Shown: positions 58,468-64,000 of the stretch, in pieces
How the letters are laid out: each line of letters starts with the position of its first letter
How positions within the stretch are numbered: position 1 is the first letter of the stretch
Virus record (IMG/VR): IMGVR_UViG_3300022555_002641
Coordinates: 1-64,000 of that record
DNA: 64,000 nt
Reading direction: 5' to 3' (one strand)
Source: a virus
Notes under the pieces: model-generated
The model's input: the letters and a program-made list of their open reading frames with translations, nothing else
Databases searched by the model: none
What the model was told of the DNA's origin: nothing
Translations under genes and position numbers: made by a program

Positions 58468-61400
58468 TTATAATAATGTTAATACCGCTTTTATTCTTAT
58501 ATTATTTGCTGTTGAGGCTGGAGTATATCTTAAATAAGTAGTTTCATTTCCTTTATCATTATTTACCCAGTTAGACCAATTAGTACCATCATTAGTTGAT
58601 ATTTCAAAACTACCAAGAGCTGGATTTGTTAATGTGTTATCATCACACTGCATAACACCTGAAATAGCATCATACAATCTAACTCTTAAATTAGGAATAG
58701 TACCACCAGAAAGATTAAATGGTGTAGCAAATCTCCACGCAAATCGTTTATCCACAATTGATGATTTGCCAACTGATGGCTGATAATGACTATCAGATGT
58801 TATACCATCTTCCCATGTTAAACCAAGTGATGTAATTTCTGGTGAAACACAAGTCCAATTAAGTATATCAAAAACTATCTTAAACTGAATTGAAGTGGCG
58901 GCTGTTACATCATATAATGTAGCTTCATCGTTAATTTTAACCCATACTCCAGAATTGTCAGAAATACCATTTGTTCTATAATAAACATCATATCTTTCTT
59001 TTGCATAACTTCCACTACCACCTCTCTTTTCGGATACATATACTCTATAAAAAGCAGTAGCATTCGTTGTAATTATTTCTTTTGTTATAACATATGCACC
59101 ATGTGCACCAACTTCTATTAATAATAATTGTTGAGCGGCAGCGGCAGCGGCAGTCAACCCTTGCCTTGTAACTATTAAAGTTCTATCAGCATAACCGACC
59201 CTTGCAGTAAGCATAGTTGCAGCTACAATAGGTAAAGGACCTGCTGCAATTGGATTCGTTTCAAAATTTACTGTTCCCCAAAATCTTTCCAATGGTTGAC
59301 CTGGATTATAAATTGCTCTATAATCTCTAAATGATCCATTAGTCACAATTATGAAATAATCATTAATTGGATCATATGCAAGTCCACCCCAGTTATTTAC
59401 AGCTTGCTGAATCGTTGCACCTAATGGTGGTATATCAGTTATATAATCATCTTCACCAATTAATGTAGCGATAACCCTTCCATTTGTATCAGCAATATCT
59501 GACTCATTAGGCCCAATATTTACATATTGGATTGTTGTTGCATTGGCATATGTTATAACGACTTGAATACCTGGTTCTTTTCCAAACCCGCCATTATTAT
59601 AAGTTACACCACTAATACCAGTAAATCCATAAATAATAACTCTTTGGTTAACGGTAAAACTATGTGAAGCAAATGTTATTGTTGCGGTATTATTAAGTCT
59701 TGATCTTCTTGTTGTTGGGGTAGCATTTGTAAATCTACTTATAACAACTCGTCCAACCCTTGCAGCAGCAGTACCACGAGTAAAGAATAATGCAGTTACT
59801 CCTGAGATACCAACAGGATGATTAGAACCTGGAGTCGCTATTGTAATCTGTGATACAGTGGCGGATGGTAAGTTTGTAGCATATTCTGATGTCATAATTG
59901 CTGAACTATATCTTGATGTATCTGGAATGGTTATAATTCCATTTTGTGAGAGTGGAAGGGTACTTAAATCTAATAAATTTAAGGCTGGTGCAGCAACGGT
60001 ATTAGTGGTTTGTATTACATATATTTTAAGATTACCGTTATTTACCCCAGTATTAGTTGGATCAGCAACAGTAATATTAGAAATAGTAGATAATACATTA
60101 TTTGTTGAGCCAACTTTAGCTGGATACATATTAGGTGCGGGACTACATCCAACAGCCTGTCCTATTGTTTGGGGTAAGTTAGTTAAAACACCATTCCAAG
60201 TTATACAATCGTGTGAATACGCAGCGGTAAATGACCCAGCACCCTTAGTACCTACCGCTGTAAATAACGTACCATTAAAACAGATTCCATTACCACCAGA
60301 AATTGCTGGAAACATAGTAACACCAGCACCAGTCCAGTTAATACCATCAGTAGACCAAGCTATTGTATGTGATGCCCCAATACCAACAGCACACCATCTT
60401 GGTGTTATTGTCGTACCTGGTGTAACTATATTACCCACTTGTGCACCCCAACATACAGCATTTCCTTGAGTAAATGGTGGTGATGCACAGGCAGTCCAAG
60501 TTGTACCATTAGAAGAATAAGCCATTGTCATACCACCAATTCCCATAGCAACATATTGAGTACCATTATAGGCTATACCGTAACCCGCTGTAGAAAATGG
60601 TGAGTGTAATGCTCCACCGTCAGCCGCTTGACCATAACCAGTCCAAGTTATACCATCAGGTGATGATGCTAATGTATTTGTACCTTGACCAACTGCCCAG
60701 AAATTTGTACCATCCCAGCAAACCCCGTAAGCTCCAGTAGTGAACACCCCAGTGGCTGTAATACCTTGTGCGGGAATAACCCAGTTTGTTCCATCATTAC
60801 TATAAATAATAGAATTTGTACCAACCCCAACAGCTACCCATCTACCACCAACTCCAGCAATTTCACCATAACAAATACCTCTACATCTCGTACCAAAGTT
60901 ACCAACACCTGACGCAATACCAGTCCAAGCCATACCATCCCAAGACCAAGCCAGTGAGTTTGTCCCTTCACCACCAGCCACCCATAAGCCGCCACCATAA
61001 GCCACAGCCCAACCAGATGTTGCAAAAATAGTTGTTAATGCGGTATAAGTTGCAGCACCAGCCTGTGTTGCTAAAGTAGCACCCGCTTGTGTTGAATATG
61101 AAATAAAGTTAGTACCAGCACCAACAACCACAGTTCTATCAACAACTCCTGATCTAATTAAATAACACATTCTTGGTGCAATTGTATTAATACCAGAGGG
61201 TAAAGTCACACCAGCCCAATCATTTGCCGTAAGTCCATAAACCCAAGCAAGCCCACCCTGTAAAGGTGTTGCTGCTGTAAAAGCTATAATTACTTCTGTA
61301 GAACCCGAATTAACCCAAACATCTCTACACGTATTTACTTCTGATGTTTTAGATAAAGTCATAACAATATAACCCGCCCAAGCCAATGTTTTTTTATTCC

Positions 61401-61653
61401 ATCTGTTTACTCTAACTGACGTACCAGACCCCATAGTAGAAACAGTATAAATATAATTTGAATCGGCATACACAGAGTTTGCTAATAATGCACCATTACC
61501 TTGCTCAAGATATGGTATTGCTCTTGGTAAAGGCACTCTAATTACACCATTAACAACTTCTAAACCACCAAAAATGCTATTTTTAGTCGAATCATATGTA
61601 TTTCCTGTTGTGTATGTTTCAGTAAATTCTATTGTACTCCATTGTTTTGCCAT
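58468..61653 (-). CDS. Putative receptor-binding protein with beta-propeller (Asp-box-like SxDGxxW) repeats
   Basis: About six repeats of W.AVG.GTN..A.S.DG..W. Confidence 0.7.
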   Translation of the reverse strand: MAKQWSTIEFTETYTTGNTYDSTKNSIFGGLEVVNGVIRVPLPRAIPYLEQGNGALLANSVYADSNYIYTVSTMGSGTSVRVNRWNKKTLAWAGYIVMTLSKTSEVNTCRDVWVNSGSTEVIIAFTAATPLQGGLAWVYGLTANDWAGVTLPSGINTIAPRMCYLIRSGVVDRTVVVGAGTNFISYSTQAGATLATQAGAATYTALTTIFATSGWAVAYGGGLWVAGGEGTNSLAWSWDGMAWTGIASGVGNFGTRCRGICYGEIAGVGGRWVAVGVGTNSIIYSNDGTNWVIPAQGITATGVFTTGAYGVCWDGTNFWAVGQGTNTLASSPDGITWTGYGQAADGGALHSPFSTAGYGIAYNGTQYVAMGIGGMTMAYSSNGTTWTACASPPFTQGNAVCWGAQVGNIVTPGTTITPRWCAVGIGASHTIAWSTDGINWTGAGVTMFPAISGGNGICFNGTLFTAVGTKGAGSFTAAYSHDCITWNGVLTNLPQTIGQAVGCSPAPNMYPAKVGSTNNVLSTISNITVADPTNTGVNNGNLKIYVIQTTNTVAAPALNLLDLSTLPLSQNGIITIPDTSRYSSAIMTSEYATNLPSATVSQITIATPGSNHPVGISGVTALFFTRGTAAARVGRVVISRFTNATPTTRRSRLNNTATITFASHSFTVNQRVIIYGFTGISGVTYNNGGFGKEPGIQVVITYANATTIQYVNIGPNESDIADTNGRVIATLIGEDDYITDIPPLGATIQQAVNNWGGLAYDPINDYFIIVTNGSFRDYRAIYNPGQPLERFWGTVNFETNPIAAGPLPIVAATMLTARVGYADRTLIVTRQGLTAAAAAAQQLLLIEVGAHGAYVITKEIITTNATAFYRVYVSEKRGGSGSYAKERYDVYYRTNGISDNSGVWVKINDEATLYDVTAATSIQFKIVFDILNWTCVSPEITSLGLTWEDGITSDSHYQPSVGKSSIVDKRFAWRFATPFNLSGGTIPNLRVRLYDAISGVMQCDDNTLTNPALGSFEISTNDGTNWSNWVNNDKGNETTYLRYTPASTANNIRIKAVLTLL

Positions 61654-61671
61654 AATATTATTATTTATTTT

Positions 61672-63618
61672 TTAAATTTGTATTTTTAATTGAACTGATA
61701 TATCTCCGCCAGCCATCGTATTTCCAACTTGATCTACATCTATTGATAAAATATCCCCTTCTACAAGTGAAGTTGTATCAAAATTTGATTGAGTTCCATA
61801 AGTTTGCCCACTTAAAATTTTTAATCTATTGGATTGTGTAATATTCCATATACTCACACCATTTATATTTATATCAAAAATATCGTCCGTTCCTTGTGGG
61901 CCAGTTCCAGAACTAACATATGCTTTCAATATTGTTCCTATATACGGAACTATTACTCTTGTTTTATTAGTTCCAGTTGTTAGTGCTGTACCTACTGCTA
62001 ATAAAAACGTAATATTAGATATACCTAAACCTGAACTACCTGAAGTTCCTGATGATCCAGAATTACCATCTATCCCAGATGTTCCTGAAGACCCTGATGA
62101 CCCAGAATTACCATCTATCCCAGATGTTCCTGAAGACCCAGATGTTCCTGAAGACCCAGATGTACCATCGATTCCTGATGTTCCTGAAGACCCTGATGAC
62201 CCAGAATTACCATCTATCCCAGATGTTCCTGAAGACCCAGATGTTCCTGAAGACCCAGATGTACCATCGATTCCTGATGTTCCTGAACTTCCAGATGATC
62301 CTGATATACCGTCAATTCCTGAACTTCCCGAACTTCCTGATCCTCCATCAGTCCCAGAACTTCCAGAACTTCCTGAACTTCCTGTTCCTCCATCAGTTCC
62401 AGAACTTCCTGAGCTCCCTGAACTTCCTGACCCATCAGTCCCAGAACTACCTGAACTTCCTGAGCTTCCTGTTCCACCATCAACCCCAGAACTACCTGAT
62501 GTGCCATCAGTTCCTGAACTGCCTGATGAACCTGAACTACCGTCAACACCTGATGAACCTGAACTACCAGAACTTCCTGAACTACCAGAACTTCCTGATG
62601 TGCCATCAGTTCCTGAACTGCCTGATGATCCTGAACTACCTGAAATTCCAGCACTTCCTGATGTGCCATCAGTTCCTGAACTGCCTGATGAACCTGAACT
62701 ACCTGAAATTCCAGAACTACCTGATGTGCCATCAGTTCCTGAACTGCCTGATGATCCTGAACTACCTGAAATTCCAGAACTACCTGATGTGCCATCAGTT
62801 CCTGAACTGCCTGATGAACCTGAACTACCAGAACTTCCTGATCCATCTGTCCCTGAGCTTCCTGAACTACCTGATGACCCATCGGTTCCAGAACTACCTG
62901 ATGATCCTGAAGAACCAGCTCCACCATCAGCACCAGAAGAACCAGAAGAACCAGAACTACCTGAAGACCCAGTTCCGCCATCGGTACCCGAAGAACCAGA
63001 ACTACCTGATGAACCAGTTCTACCATCAGTGCCTGATGACCCAGATGACCCTGAAGAACCATCTGTACCTGATATTCCAGAAGAACCTGATGTACCATCA
63101 CTACCCGATACTCCTGAAGACCCAGATGTACCATCACTCCCTGATATTCCTGATGACCCAGATGTACCATCACTACCTGAGCTTCCATCAACACCAGATG
63201 TTCCTGAAGTTCCAAAATTTGCGCCATCAACCCCTGAAGAACCTGACGTACCAGAAGTTCCAGAAGTGCTTGTCTTTCCACTATAATTCCAATCTTTATC
63301 GGGGGAAAACAGAATTGTTGTTGCCCCACTTGTTATAATACCTGTAGTAATTGTATATTTACCAATACCCAAACCAATAGCAACGGCAGTATAATCAGCA
63401 TCAGTATTTGGAGTTCGACCACCTTGAGTGTTTCCAGTATAATCAAAAGTAAAATAAATTGAAGTCCTTCCAGACACATATCCAGTAATTGGATTCCCAT
63501 CAGAATCTTGAATTAAGATAGCATTATTGGTTCCAAAAGAATTTGTAAAATAAATCCAATATTTAGATTGCTGATCATTAGCAAGATAATTGTTAAATAA
63601 TATATTACCAGTAGACAT
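61672..63618 (-). CDS. Gly-X-Y stalk fibre protein
   Basis: N-terminal domain, about 410-aa GSS/GTD tract, C-terminal beta domain ending GDILSIDVDQVG. Confidence 0.75.
   Translation of the reverse strand: MSTGNILFNNYLANDQQSKYWIYFTNSFGTNNAILIQDSDGNPITGYVSGRTSIYFTFDYTGNTQGGRTPNTDADYTAVAIGLGIGKYTITTGIITSGATTILFSPDKDWNYSGKTSTSGTSGTSGSSGVDGANFGTSGTSGVDGSSGSDGTSGSSGISGSDGTSGSSGVSGSDGTSGSSGISGTDGSSGSSGSSGTDGRTGSSGSSGSSGTDGGTGSSGSSGSSGSSGADGGAGSSGSSGSSGTDGSSGSSGSSGTDGSGSSGSSGSSGSSGTDGTSGSSGISGSSGSSGSSGTDGTSGSSGISGSSGSSGSSGTDGTSGSAGISGSSGSSGSSGTDGTSGSSGSSGSSGSSGSSGVDGSSGSSGSSGTDGTSGSSGVDGGTGSSGSSGSSGTDGSGSSGSSGSSGTDGGTGSSGSSGSSGTDGGSGSSGSSGIDGISGSSGSSGTSGIDGTSGSSGTSGSSGTSGIDGNSGSSGSSGTSGIDGTSGSSGTSGSSGTSGIDGNSGSSGSSGTSGIDGNSGSSGTSGSSGLGISNITFLLAVGTALTTGTNKTRVIVPYIGTILKAYVSSGTGPQGTDDIFDININGVSIWNITQSNRLKILSGQTYGTQSNFDTTSLVEGDILSIDVDQVGNTMAGGDISVQLKIQI
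62030..63270. repeat. Gly-X-Y coding repeat
   Basis: Same unit family as at the window start; internal higher-order duplications. Confidence 0.95.
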
Positions 63619-63736
63619 CAAAAAAGTCGTTTTTTCAATGACTATATATAATTTACTAACAGTCAGAATTTAATTGGTTGGTAAAAAAAATTTTTGATGG
63701 AAAATATTAATATATACTAAAAAATAATATCATCGT

Positions 63737-64000
63737 ATGGAATTCTTCAATAATAAAGAAAACGAAAATCTGAAATTTAAAATAAATAGCGAAGGTATCG
63801 ACACAGAAAAAGTTGAGCCAAGACTTATATTAACAACAAAAGAAAATAAGAATTACTTATTCTTCGGGGAAATTCACAATGGTGTTTGTAAATTTAATAT
63901 TCCAGAATTGGGACTATATGAAAAAGGAGAGCAGGGAAAGATTAGATTTGAAATTATATCCGAAGATTTGTATTTCCCAGTATGGCAAGATACTTTTGAA
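63737..64000 (+). CDS. Partial hypothetical (probably structural) protein
   Basis: MEFFNNKENENLKFKINSEG... open to the window end; TTAATATATAC upstream. Confidence 0.65.
   Translation, partial: MEFFNNKENENLKFKINSEGIDTEKVEPRLILTTKENKNYLFFGEIHNGVCKFNIPELGLYEKGEQGKIRFEIISEDLYFPVWQDTFE

Noticed and set aside
1-64000. Stop-codon reassignment as in some large Bacteroidota phages
   Set aside because: Long conserved genes are intact in code 11, and TAA, TAG and TGA all terminate genes at expected ends

Overview
AT-rich segment of a large (jumbo/huge) T4-like tailed phage genome read in the standard code. The host is most likely Bacteroidota, judged from TAnnTTTG -7 promoter boxes and Bacteroidota-like NusG and ClpC. 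Both ends hold virion and fibre genes with long Gly-X-Y (GSS/GTS/GTD) stalks. The middle holds DNA metabolism genes (SbcD-SbcC fusion, RuvC-like resolvase, thymidine kinase, GIY-YIG endonuclease), NAD salvage (pncA, pncB), proteostasis (J-domain protein, M16 peptidase, ClpS, ClpC), host-takeover factors (S1-like, NusG, CCA-adding enzyme, S4-like), a hybrid histidine kinase, GDP-fucose synthase and an IS200/IS605 TnpB-only element. The signals not explained by annotation are: (1) an [ST]-G-x-T motif strongly enriched in the virion proteins; (2) a shared C-terminal RxxK[LIV]xx[IL] tag on seven unrelated small proteins; (3) T4 capsid-targeting-like N-termini, including on the CCA enzyme; (4) an IS right end that swaps TAA for TGA at gene stops, with orphan copies; (5) a putative tRNA-like structured ncRNA; (6) a leader-peptide attenuator. 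All protein calls come from motif recognition by eye; no database searches were run.
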